Positions 14,232 to 25,570 of a stretch of DNA of 64,000 nucleotides are shown in pieces. The position numbers were made by a program, and so were the translations under genes. The notes beneath the pieces were generated by a model. That model had not been told where the DNA came from. It saw only the letters and a program-made list of their open reading frames with translations, and made no database searches. This DNA comes from Hypanus sabinus (Eukaryota): NCBI RefSeq assembly GCF_030144855.1, contig NC_082730.1:3844001-3908000 (forward strand), written 5' to 3'. How positions within the stretch are numbered: the stretch's first letter is position 1; each line of letters opens with the position of its first letter.

Positions 14232-17200
14232 CACTCTGCGGCCATTTTGTTGATAACATCCTGTAACTAATAAATTGGCCACTAAGGGTGTGTTCGTGGT
14301 CTTCTGCTGCTGTTGCCCATCCACTTCAAGGTTCAAGGTGTTCTCAGAGATGATAAACTGGATGAGCTTAGAGCATGGATTGGGACAATTTGTTTTATGG
14401 GAAGGATGTAATACAGAAATGGAGGTTATTTAAAGGTGAATTTTTAAGGATATATAATCTTTATGTTCCTGTTACGTTGAAAGGAAAGGTTAAAAGTTTC
14501 AGAGAGCCATGGTTTTCAAGGGATATTGGAAATTTGGTTAGAAAAAAGAGAGAGATCTACAATAAAGATAGGCAGCATGGAGTAAATGAGGTGCTTGAGG
14601 AATATAAAGAATGGAAAAGGAATCTTAAGAAAGAAATTAGAAAAGCTAAAAGAAGGTATGAGGATGCTTTGGCAAGTAAGGTGAAAATAAATCCAAAGGG
14701 TTCCTACAGTTATATTAATAGCAAAAGAATAGTGAGAGATAAAATTGGTCCATTAGAGAATCAGAGTGGACGGCTATGTGCGGAGCCAAAAGAGATGGGG
14801 AAGTTTTTGAACAATTTCTTTTCTTTGGAATTCACTAAGTAGAAGAATATTGAATTGTGTAAGCTAAGGGAAACAAGTAGGGCAGTTATGGAAACTATGA
14901 TGATTCAAGAAGAGGAAGTACTGGTGCTTTTAAAGAATATGAAAGTGGGTACGTCTCCAGGTCCTGATAGGATATTCCACAGCACCTTGAGGGAAGTTAA
15001 TGTAGAAATAGCAGGGGCTCTGACAGAAATATTTCAAATTTCATTAGAAATGGGGATGGTGCCAGAGGATTGGCACATTGTTCATGTGGTTCCATTGTTT
15101 AAAAAGGGTTCTAAGAGTAAACCTAGCAAGTAAGTTTTACATCAGTGGTGGGTAAATTAATGGAAATTATTCTTAGAGATGGTATATATAATTATCTGGA
15201 TAGACAGGGTCTGATTAGAAACAGTCAACATGGATTTGTATGTGGAATGTCATGTTTGACAAATCTTATTGAATTTTTTGAAGAGGTTGCAAGGAAAGTT
15301 GACGAGGGTAAAGCAGTGGATGTTGTCTATATGGACTTCAGTAAGGCATTTGACAAGGTTCCGCACAGAAGGTTAGTTAGGAAAGTTCAATCGTTAGGTA
15401 TTAATATTGAAGTAGTGGAATGGATTCAACAGTGGCTAGATGGGAGATGCCAGAGAGTAGTGGTGGATAACTATTTGTCAGGTTGGAGGCCAGTGACTAG
15501 TGGTGTGCCTCCGGGATCTGTATTGGTCCAATGTTGTTTGTCATATACATTAATGATCTGGATGATGGCGTGGTAAATTAGATTAGTAAATATGCAAATG
15601 ATACTAAGATAGGTGGCATTGTGGATAATGAAGTAGGTTTTCAAAGCTTGCAGAGAGATTTAGGCCAGTTAGAAGAGTGGGCTGAACGATGGCAGATGGA
15701 ATTTAATGCTGATAAGTGTGAGGTGCTTCATTTTGGTAGGACTAATCAAAATAGGACATACATGGAAAATGGTAAGCCTTTGAGGAATGCAGTAGAACAG
15801 TGTGATCTAGGAATAATGGTGCATAGTTCCCTGAAGGTGGAATCTCATGTGGATAGGGTGGTGAAGACAGCTTTTGGTATGCTGGCCTTTACAAACCAGA
15901 GCACTGAGTATAGGAGTTGGGATGTAATGTTAAAATTGTACAAGGCATTGATGAGGCCACATTTGGAGTATTGTGTACAGTTCTGGTCGCTGAATTATAA
16001 GAAAGATGTCAACAAAATAGAGAGAGTACAGAGGAGATTTACTAGGATGTTACCTGGGTTTCAGCACCTAAGTTACAGAGAAAGGTTGAGCAAGTTAGGT
16101 CTTTATTTTTTGGAGTGTAGAAGGTTGGGGGGGGGGGGAGTTGATAGAGGTATTTAAAATTATGAGGGGGATAGATCAAGTTGATGTAGATATGTTTTTT
16201 CCATTGAGAGTAGAGGAGATTCAAACAAAAGGACATGAGTTGAGAGTTAGGGAGCAAAATTTTAGGTGCAACACAAGGGGGAATTTCTTTACTCAGAGAG
16301 TGGTTGCTGTGTGGAATGAGCTCCATTAGAAGTGGTAGAGGCAGGTTCGATATTGACAGTTGAAGTAAAATTGGATAAGTATATGGAGTGGAAAGGCATT
16401 GATGAGGCCACATTTGGAGTATTGTGTACAGTTCTGGTCGCTGAATTATAAGAAAGATGTCAACAAAATAGAGAGAGTACTGAGGAGATTTACTACAATG
16501 TTACCTGGGTTTCAGCACCTAAGTTACAGAGAAAGGTTGGACAAATTAGGACTTTATTCTTTGGAGCGTAGAAGGTTGAGGGGGGACTTGATAGAGGTAT
16601 TTAAAATTATGAGGGGGATATATTGAGTTGACGTGGATTTTTCCATTGAGAGTAGGGGAGATTCAAACATGAGGACATGAGTTGAGAGTTAAGGGGCAAA
16701 AGTTTAGGTGTAACACAAGGGGGAACTTCTTTACTCAGAGAGTGGTAGCTGTGTGGAACGAGCTTCCAGTAGAAGTGGTACAGGCAGGTTTGATATTGTC
16801 ATTTAAAAAACAATTGGATAGGTATATGGACTGGAGCAGAATTGAGGGTTATGGGCTGAGTGCAGGTCAGTGGGACTAGGTGATAGTAAGCGTTCGGAAC
16901 GGGCTAGAAGTGCCGAGATGGCCTGTGTAATTTCTATGTGTAATTGTTATATGGTTATATGGTTATGTGCTCTTCTCCACAGCAATGTTGTAACGTGTGG
17001 TTATTTGAGGTACTGTCACTTTCCTGTCATCTTGAACCAGTCTGGCTATTTGCTGCTAGCCTCTCTTATAAACAAGGCACTTTTGCCCAAGGAAATGCAG
17101 CTCAATGTTGTTTTTTAGTTTTAATCACCTCCATCTGTAATATGTAGAGATCGATGTGGTGAAAATTCCAGATCAGCATTGAATTGTTTCCACCCGATGA

Positions 17201-17264
17201 CTGATTTGATATTTGCATTAACAAGCAGATGTCCGGTTGTATCCAATAAAGTGAACATTGAGTG
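14232..17264 (-). mobile_element. Tc1/mariner-derived non-autonomous element, split by a CR1 insertion at ~14353-16966
   Basis: The uninterrupted paralogue is at 47645-48159. The left part (14232-14352) ends cagagatg and resumes ctcttct at ~16967. Imperfect TIRs cactctgcggcca... / ...aaagtgaacattgagtg. Confidence 0.75.
14353..16966 (+). mobile_element. 5'-truncated CR1 LINE (RT half) with an internal 451-bp tandem duplication; copy-1 specific
   Basis: ORFs 14375..16879 contain QHGFV, MDFSKAFDKVPH, SGVPPGSVL, RPHLEYCVQFWS and GNFFTQRVV. It has a (ggttatat)n-like tail at ~16945-16965 and is absent from the copy-2 Tc1 element. Confidence 0.92.
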
Positions 17265-18688
17265 TGCTCCAGGCACAGCCCTGCAGTGGATTCAGTGACC
17301 AGCATCTCAGTGTGGAGAAGCCATCCAAAGTGAGACAGAGAGAGATACTGTAGGGAAACTGTACCTTCAAACCACTGAGTCTACACTAACCATCAAACAC
17401 CTGTTTACACTCATCCTACATTACCGGTGTCTGGTCCAGATGGCATTCCTGGCCAAGTACTAAAGATCTGTGTGGTCCAACTAGCAGGAGTATTTAGCAC
17501 TTTCTTCACTGTACAGCTGCACATGGCTGGAAATGTGGTTAGAACCAGAGATGTTGCCCCAAAGACACTCTGATCCATTTTTAAAATCTCTCCGTCTCCA
17601 TCATATGAGACTGGAGATAGAAGCACTCTGCAGTTCAGGACTCATTGTGGAATCAGAAAAGAGCCAACATTTCAGGTCAAAGACTCTTCATTAGGACGAT
17701 GGAGAAGAAAAAACTAAAGGAAAAGTGGGTGTGGGGGTGTTGCTGATAGGGTGCCATGGGGATAAACTGGCTACAAGATTATCTGGTCAATGGCTGATTG
17801 GAATCAGTTGGAACTGGGAGAACATGGACAAAAGGATATTGATCAGAATGTATAGACATCAACTATTGAACAGGAAGCCTGCTCTGGAAGGCCATGCTCC
17901 ACTGCCACGTCTAGCTAGATGCCCTGACACCCTTCTTAAGCCAATCACCCCTAGTGGGGCAAAGGCTGTTGACAGCAGCTCACTAGAGAACTCTATCCAT
18001 CTAAACAGGGAATTCTGACTCTCCAGGACGACAGAAACCTGCCCAGAAACTGTAGCATTGGACTGAAAACACTCTTTGCTCCAATGTCTTATGAGGAGTG
18101 GCAGAGTTCTCAGAGACAGACTCAAACTGCGACTCCACACTCACCACCTCACACTGGAGATCCAGGCAACAGGTGAGGGTCGGACAGTGCAGTGTGTACA
18201 GGAGTAGCTGGTGCAAGGAACCCCTCTGGGGATGGGAGATGCTGCCTGTGGGACATTTCCCAGAGACGGAGCAATTTGTGCTGAGCTAGCTCTATAGGAG
18301 AGCTTGGGGACTCAGGTCCAGTGACAATTCAGTCTGAGTAGTTGTCACCTTGTGTCCGATCAGTCAACCTCCTGACCCCTGCGCACACACAGTGAGGGTA
18401 TCCCAGTGTCAGACCCCAAACCTCCATGAATATGTCTGTGACCACACCCGACCACTGATATCTAGCTGTGGGCTGAAACGTCATTTCTCAGGGCTGGGTG
18501 CAGAGAGTTTTGAGCCCTGATGAAGGGTCTCAGCATGAAACAAAAGGAACTTTGTGTTGTCTGTCTCACAGGGCTGGGAGCAACATGATGGGCCGAATGT
18601 CTTTTTCCAGTGTCTTTGATTTTCCCAAGTGTGATTCCACTTCCAATCACTGACCTCACCTATGGACTGTCTTGTCTTGTCTCCTCAG

Positions 18689-19012
18689 CTGGGACTGCGG
18701 TTCCCCCCACCAATGTGACCGGAACTCAGGGACACTCGGTCTCCTTACATCCTGGGATCCCAGTCGGACCGGACATTCCTGAGGTTGAGTGGAGTCGGGT
18801 ATGGCCCAGAAACAGGATTGTGAAGTACTCGAATGGAAACATTAACTATTATGGTAATGGGCTGTACAAGAACAGGATAACCTTTCATCCTGGGAACGTC
18901 AGTCTGGAAATCCGTGACCTACGGAGAGAGGACTCTGGTGAATATGATGTGATTTATACAGCTACAAGTTCAGGAGATGAATATAAAACAAAAGTGCGAC
19001 TGGAGGTGTACG
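18689..19012 (+). CDS. CD2/SLAM-like receptor copy 1, exon 2 (IgV domain without B-F disulfide)
   Basis: Acceptor tgtctcctcAG, 324 nt, phase 1-1, donor G|GTAAGT. IgV motifs VSLHP, EVEW, RITF, SLEIRDLRREDSGEY and VRLEVY, with no Cys. Cys-less N-terminal V domains are typical of the CD2/SLAM and CEACAM families. Confidence 0.93.
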
Positions 19013-20559
19013 GTAAGTGAGACCAGTCCCTGAAACACCCCTAATGGATGGGTGAGGGCAGATCCTGTGTGTTTCTCTGTTTACTGAACCCCACTGACTA
19101 CTTGTGACTGGGGCTGGGCTCGCGGTCCCAGTGTAGTGAGTCTGGAGGATACACCCGCCACATCCACCGAGGCTGAGTCAGGAGCCGGGACGGATCGAAC
19201 CAACAATGGGGAATCTCATGTGTCTGAGACTGAGGGAGCTCAACACGCAGGGAGGATGGACCTGGTGTGAATGGGCTGGACAGTCTGTATCTGTGGGTCA
19301 CAGTTACACACTCTACCCGAGGTCAAAGGCCTGGTCTGTCATGTTCAGGGATCCCAGTTGTCCCATCTGTTTCCCAGGACACTGCTTGTTAATTGCCCAG
19401 ACTGAGGTCTGAGCTCAGCAAGGTGTTAATTCCTCAGCCATTATTCCGTGCTGTGCTGAGTGAGACCCTGTGTGTTCATTACACTGAATATAGTGTCCCA
19501 GTGATTGACACAGTACACAACCACACACTCACACACAGCAATATGGTACCTGACTCACTCCAACAGTAATATCACATTCACAATAATCCCACTCAACAGG
19601 GTCTGGCTGAGAAACCTTCTCTCCTCTGTTTGGGCGCATTGTGTAGTTAAGGAATATCACAAATATTAATCTCACCGGCAAACCATCTTCAGACATGAAG
19701 GTGGATTGTAGATTGAATTTAAAATGCTTCTCTGAGCAGTAGTTTTCTTGCAGTTGTAGGCTGGAGTTGATTGCAAACCAGACAATTCTGATTAACATTC
19801 ATTTTGCGTAACTTGAATGTGGGTGTGAAGAAGGGGGTGTGTGAAAACTATACGTAAGTCAAAGGAAGCATTGTAGATACATTATAACTATACAATTATC
19901 CTGCATTTACCTTTGACCTTTGACAGTTAACAATATCATGTAATATTGGGTCGGGAGGCCGCTTCCTCCAAGATTGTCTGAATATGATGCCTGCTGCTTA
20001 TTCTTGTTGAATAAGACATTTCTATATCCACCAGCTTTGGTGTCTCTCTGGTGACTTCACATTACAACGTCTACCATCCCAGTGTTAATGTTCACCATTT
20101 GCAGGAGGAGAACATCAGAACAGCTGGAGATGGGCCCTCGTCTGTACACTGGTCTCTACTGGGATAGTGTCAGAAGTCAGAATCAGAGTGGGAGCAGGAT
20201 GGAGAATCAAAGTGACAGCTACTAGAACTTCTGAGTCAAAATGGTGCCTGAATTGAAACGTCTGTCAAGATGTTTCAGTGACACTGTGTCTGGTTTCTCA
20301 GTGGAGAGAGGGTCACCGTGTGAACACAAAGAGAGTTCACTGCATTGGGTGTATGCGTTAGTCTCAGTTTCTGCTTTTAGTGCCCTTCATGGAGGGAAGG
20401 GAAATGGTTTTGTGACACCTCCTCCTGTGGATGTCCAGAACGTGGTGTGGGTCATGGAGTGGTGGGAGTTGTGGGTGTGGGAGTAGAACCGAGCAAGTTG
20501 TTACTCAGGGAGGAAGTGATCAAAGTATGTAAGAAAGAGAGAAGGGAGTGGAATGTAAG

Positions 20560-21690
20560 TCTGAGGATAGTGTAAACTAAGTGGGTAATTTACTCAAAGG
20601 TATTCTAACGGACCAGGTATAAGTAAAAATACTTGGATCGGGAGATAGTTGACATGTTTCTCTGTGTGGTAGGTTGTGTCTAGATTTTTGAGGAGGTTTG
20701 AGGAGCTGATGAAGGAAAAGCAATTAAATTTGTCTACATGGACTTTAATGTTTATTACCTTGGCATTCAGATTGAGTTTGCAAATTAGATTGGGCATCTG
20801 CTTTGCAAGTGATCTACAAGATGGTTGTCTCTCTGATTGGAGGACCATGATTAGTGATGTGTCCTTATTGTTTGTTATCTATATCAGCGATCTGGATGAC
20901 AATGTGGTTAACTGGATCATCAAATTTGAGGATGACACTGATTGGGTGTAGGGTAAGGAAGACTATCAAAGCCTTTAGCGTGATCTGGACCAGCAGGAAT
21001 AATGAGCCGAAAATTGGCAGTTTCAATTTGATGCAGACGAGTACAAAGCCTTGACCCTCGGGAAGTAAACCAGGGTGGAACTTAAATAATGACCAGTCAG
21101 GTACTGAAGAGTGTAGTAGAATAGAGAGATCTTGGAATACAGAACAATAAATTCTTGCAAGTGTGTCACAGTCAGATAGGGTCATAAAAAATGCTTTTGG
21201 CACATTGCCATTCATAAGTCAAAGGATTGAGTCCAGGAGTTGCAATGTTATGTTGAAATTTTATAAGAACTTGGAGAGGCCTAATTTGGAGTATTAGATT
21301 TTAGAGGGAGAATGTGAGAGTTGGATTAAAAAGTGAGTCCATAGATATGAAGCCTAGTGCAGCCGGAGCAGGACAGACTCGGTGTCTGTTCATTTGGAGT
21401 ATTTGTGCTATCTTGGTCACCTACGTTACCTGCGTACAGGAAAGGTATCAACTAGACTGGAAGAATGAAGAGTATCAGGACTCGAGGACCTGAGTTATAG
21501 GGGAAGTTGGGGGAATTTCTTCACCCAGAGGGTGGAACAAGGTGCAGGTGGAAGTGTTGGAACCAGGTTCAATTTCAATGTCTAACAGAAGTTTGGATAA
21601 ATTTTGGGAGGAATGTGGAAGGCTTCGTCCAGATGTGGATCAGAGGGGCTAAGTATAGACTAGATGGACTGAAGGGCCATTTTAGCCACT
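20560..21690 (+). mobile_element. Old CR1 RT/3' fragment in intron 2 (paralogue 50560-51620)
   Basis: LFVIYISDLDDNVVNWIIKFEDDT (a degenerate FADDT), followed by CR1 3' sequence. Confidence 0.8.
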
Positions 21691-22324
21691 GCAGTGCTCT
21701 GTGATTCAATGCAGTCTCATTGAAAGGACCAGGAAGCATAGATGTTGATCCACTGAAGGTGGAGACCAGTGGGGTTGAAGGAAAGGGCCAGAGGAAACAT
21801 CCTTGTTTTCGGTGGGAGAGGGTGTGAGCACAGAGACGTAAGCAATGGAACAGGTTCTCAGGGTCTCACACCTTCATCATAATCTGGGCAGGCAGAGTGG
21901 AGATTGAGAGATTGACAGAATAGAATGGGCTGTGTCTTGTGTTGGACCAGATTCAAGGCAGCTCAGAGCTGGGTCTCACTCAGTTTTAGGCTTTGAAGGG
22001 ATGCAGGGACAACACAGAGGAGGAACAAAAGACATGGAAATGGAGAGAATTTCTGGCATAGAGCGCTATAAAGTGGACATGATGGAGAGTTTGTAGATGA
22101 GTGTGAGTTGTTTTTGGGAAAGAGGGTGTAGCACATGGGAACTTCGTTCATCAGTAGGTGACTGAACAAAAGGGTGAGGGAAGGTTTAAATCATTGGGTA
22201 AAAATGAGGTGGGATTGGTTTGAAGTTTACTCTGGACTGTTGGGGATGGGACGAGGGCGTTGAGGATCGAGCTGTCCACGATGATCTCTTTTACTCATCT
22301 TCTATCTCTCCCTCACGCCAACAG

Positions 22325-22612
22325 AGCCCGTGTCAGGAGCAAACATAACGGTTCAGAACATCACCAGGACCTGTAACCTCACCCTGACCTGCTCCGTGAC
22401 CTCTGGCAACCCCACCAGCTTCAGTTGGTGGAGAAGGGGAGATGTTACAGGAGACAACAGCAGCCATCACTTCTGGAGACACGGAGAGACGATACAGATT
22501 CATTGCACAGCAGAAATCGGGGATGTGGTGTACAGGTGTGAGGCCAGCAACCCCATCAGTGAGGACACTGCACAGGTCCGGCTGGAGAACGTCTGTAATC
22601 TGGACATATGTA
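22325..22612 (+). CDS. CD2/SLAM-like receptor copy 1, exon 3 (IgC2 domain)
   Basis: Polypyrimidine tract plus acAG, 288 nt, phase 1-1, donor A|GTGAGT. EPVS..TCNLTLTCSV..SWW..YRCEASNPIS..VC matches the CD2/SLAM membrane-proximal C2 pattern. Confidence 0.93.
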
Positions 22613-23864
22613 GTGAGTGTCAGAGAAAGGAGTTGGGATTTAGTTATCTCCATGTCCCAGGAGAGTGAGATGGGACAGCACAGAGGAACTTCAGTTTGTA
22701 TCCATTCTGCACTCTGACATTGTCTGAGAGGATACTGTAGAGAACCATTCACTTTACAGGCAACCATTTTTGGATTTTATCCTCAGGCCTCTGCTCATAT
22801 TTTGTCTGCATCGCCTGGGTGAGGAAGTGAAGTGCAGTTTGCAGAATGTCCACACTGAATCAACTGTGCACTGTTCCTGGAAGGAGCGAATGATTAGATT
22901 GGAGGGAAGGATTATTTATGATGGCCGAGGCACCAAGTGGTCAGGGAGGTGGAGGCAGAGCTTGAGGAGAGGGATTACTGAGGGAGTGTGAGGGAGCTGG
23001 ATTGAAATCAGTGGAAATAGAATCCATGGCACATGTGCTGGGGAAGAGGGTTTACTGAGAGTTTCCTTCTTGACAGAATTGGACTAATATTTGTGGAGAT
23101 CTGGTCGATGATACAGGCCCCCAGCTGTGAGTGATTTTAGAGGGAGAATGTGAGAGTTGGATTAACCAGCGAGTCCATAGATACAAAGCCGAGTGCAGCC
23201 AGAGCAGGACAGACTCGGTGTCTGTTCATCACAGTGGGACAAATCGTTGAGAAGTTTGTAATCACAAAACCCTGAGCATCTGGAGCTGGACACAGACTCA
23301 GCCTCAGCTCCGTGGGGAAGGGAGTGAAAATCAGAGCAGTAATGGACTGCGCCAGGAGCTGGATCAACATCATTAGAGATACAGACAGTGACAAAGACAT
23401 GAGGGGAGAGGGGTTGCAGAGGGATAATGTGAGGGAACAGAATTAAATCACTGGAGAAACAGTCAGTGGCGCTGGAGACTGAGGGAGAGGGGTGTCTTAG
23501 GAACTAGGTAAGTGAGATTGAATGACATCACTGGACATACATTTAGTGACTCAGGAAGTTTGTGGAGAGGAGGGATGAAGGGAAAACATGAAGAACTCAG
23601 TCAGTGTCAGCAGGTACATTCAGTGATACACAGTGATGGGGAAGAGGGATTCCTGGTGAGAGTGTCGGGAAGTGGCGTCAACACGGTTTGGATATGGCCC
23701 AAGTGCGGAGTGAGGGACACTGAGGCAGGTTGATGGTTCAGACTTTAATTCGAAAAAGGGAAAATTAAACAATAAATGGTAGGCCAAACAGCGCCTGTTA
23801 ACTAAAACTCTCGAAAGGGAAACAAAGCCCACACTGCGGCCGAAAAGAATATCTGAACATTAAA

Positions 23865-23995
23865 CGAATACCAAGTAACGCACATAAAATTCTGGTAGAA
23901 CGCCACAGGCCAGGCAGCATCTATAGGAAGAAGTACAGTTCACACTTCAGGCCGAGACTCTTCGTCAGGACTAACAGAAAGAAGAGATAGTAAGA
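23865..23995. mobile_element. Penelope-type terminal fragment
   Basis: aggccaggcagcatcta...ttcaggccgagactcttcgtcaggact is the same family as 39860-40074. The reverse strand carries a degenerate CTGACGA..GAA hammerhead-like core. Confidence 0.55.
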
Positions 23996-24270
23996 GATTT
24001 TTAAATGAATACTGCTAGTCTTCAGTGTTAGTTGATTTTGAAAGTCCAATGGCTCAGGGAAGGCCGAATGCAAAACAGCAGCGAAGCTTTGCTATGACCT
24101 GTCCAAGTCTCGACGAGCACTACAATGACAAGAATGTAGTTAAATACTATCACGATTAAATAATAATTACCTGACCCTTCCAAATTCACAAATGCGATTG
24201 CCGTATCTACTGCGCTACCGAATCTGTGGTTACGACAAGCGGAGTTTTCTGTCGGACACCAAACAATCAT

Positions 24271-24545
24271 AAGACTATAAGATATAGGAATAGAAGTGGG
24301 CCATTTGGCTCATTAATCCTGCTCCGCCATTCAATCACGGGCTGATCCAATTCTTCCAATCATCCCCACTCCCATGCTTTCACCACACACCTTTTGATGC
24401 CCTGGCTAACCAAAAACCTATCTATCTCTGCCTTAAATACACCCTTGGCCTCCACAGCCACTCAGTAAAACAAGATCCACAGATTTACCACCCTCTGACT
24501 GAAGTAAATTCTCTGCAACTCAGTTCTAAAAGGATGTCCTTGAAT
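24271..24545 (-). mobile_element. CR1 3'-end fragment
   Basis: The cataagactataagatatagg tail matches 56061-56725, which continues into CR1 RT C-terminal coding sequence. Confidence 0.7.
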
Positions 24546-24849
24546 TAAAAAGTCAGTGAGAAAGAACTAAATTAACATGAGTAGATTTGCAGTCAATTGC
24601 ACAGGCACTGAGAAAGAAGGGCTTTCGAGGGAATGGATGAGGCAGAGGATAACAGCTTTAATTAATGCCATCTATTCTTTCCTGGCTGTTTAAGGCCACA
24701 GGGTCTCTGTATTTCTGGAAGATTTTTTGTACCTTTGTTTGAGAAGATGGGCAACTTCAGTTTTGATTCCTATACCATTTCCTTAATTCCTGTCACAAAC
24801 ATTTCCAAATACGTCTGTCAACTGTACTCTTCATCTGTGTACCAATGGG

Positions 24850-25500
24850 AACACGATAGTGTAGAAGGGTGTTGGAAGGTAGTGATGTGATAGTGACCAG
24901 GGGATGAGGGGACTGAGGGGTACTGGGAGGGAGGAGAAGGAAGGGGAGTAATGTGATGGTGATTGGAGGGAGTGGGGATGGATAGAGGACTGATGAATAA
25001 TAGAGGGGAGAGGAGGCATGCAGGGCAATGATACAATGGTGATTAGGGGGAATGGGGAACAAGGAGATTGAGGGGTATTGGAGGGGGGAGGTGCAGAAGA
25101 GTGATGTGATGTTAATTAGAGGGAATGGGGACCGAGGTGACTGACATGTATTGGAGGGGAGTGGTGCAGGACAGTGATGTGATGGAGATTGGAGGGAATG
25201 TAGATGGAGGGACTGAGGAGTATTGGAAGGGAGGAGAAGGGAGGGGAGTGATTTGATAGTGATTGGGGGAATAGGGATGAAGAGGGGACTGATGGGTATT
25301 GGAGGGGAGAGGTGCAGGACAATGATGTGATGGAGATCGGAGGGAATAGGGGTAGAGGGACTGAGGGATGTTGGAAGGGAGGGGAGCAGGGTGGAGAGGT
25401 GGGGTTGGAGGGGATTTATGTGATGGGGATTGCAGGGTACTGAGGGACTGTGTTGAGGTGACAGGGAGATTTCTCCGACTGAGGAGGGATGGAGTGAAGT
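24850..25500 (+). repeat. Degenerate purine-rich minisatellite (~72-76 bp period) upstream of the TM exon
   Basis: Recurrent gtattggagggg / gtgatgtgatgg / gggaatgggg / gagggactga motifs, with tattgg recurring about every 72-76 nt. A shorter version lies at 53280-53620. Confidence 0.8.
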
Positions 25501-25570
25501 CATCAATCCTGTGTCACTGGGAGTGTGAGGACTGGATTCATCAGGAAACCTTTTCTCCTCTGTGTTACAG

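Noticed and set aside
19529-19798. Minus-strand ORF with kringle-like 'DPVEWDYCEC' and two exon-like segments
   Set aside because: The rest of the kringle Cys pattern is absent, the implied intron is only ~50 nt, and the alternative hydrophobic frame stops immediately.
23077-23126. Extra + strand exon between C2 and TM in copy 1
   Set aside because: It has AG/GT borders, but 50 nt is not frame-preserving, it gives a stop after two codons in phase 1, and the region is missing from copy 2.
23137-23400. Minus-strand ORF with signal-peptide-like start (MSLSLSVSLMMLIQLL..)
   Set aside because: No splice donor or recognisable domain; it is absent from copy 2.
24793-25506. 237-aa Pro/Ser/His-rich ORF on the minus strand
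   Set aside because: It is the translation of the purine-rich minisatellite and is not preserved at this length in copy 2.
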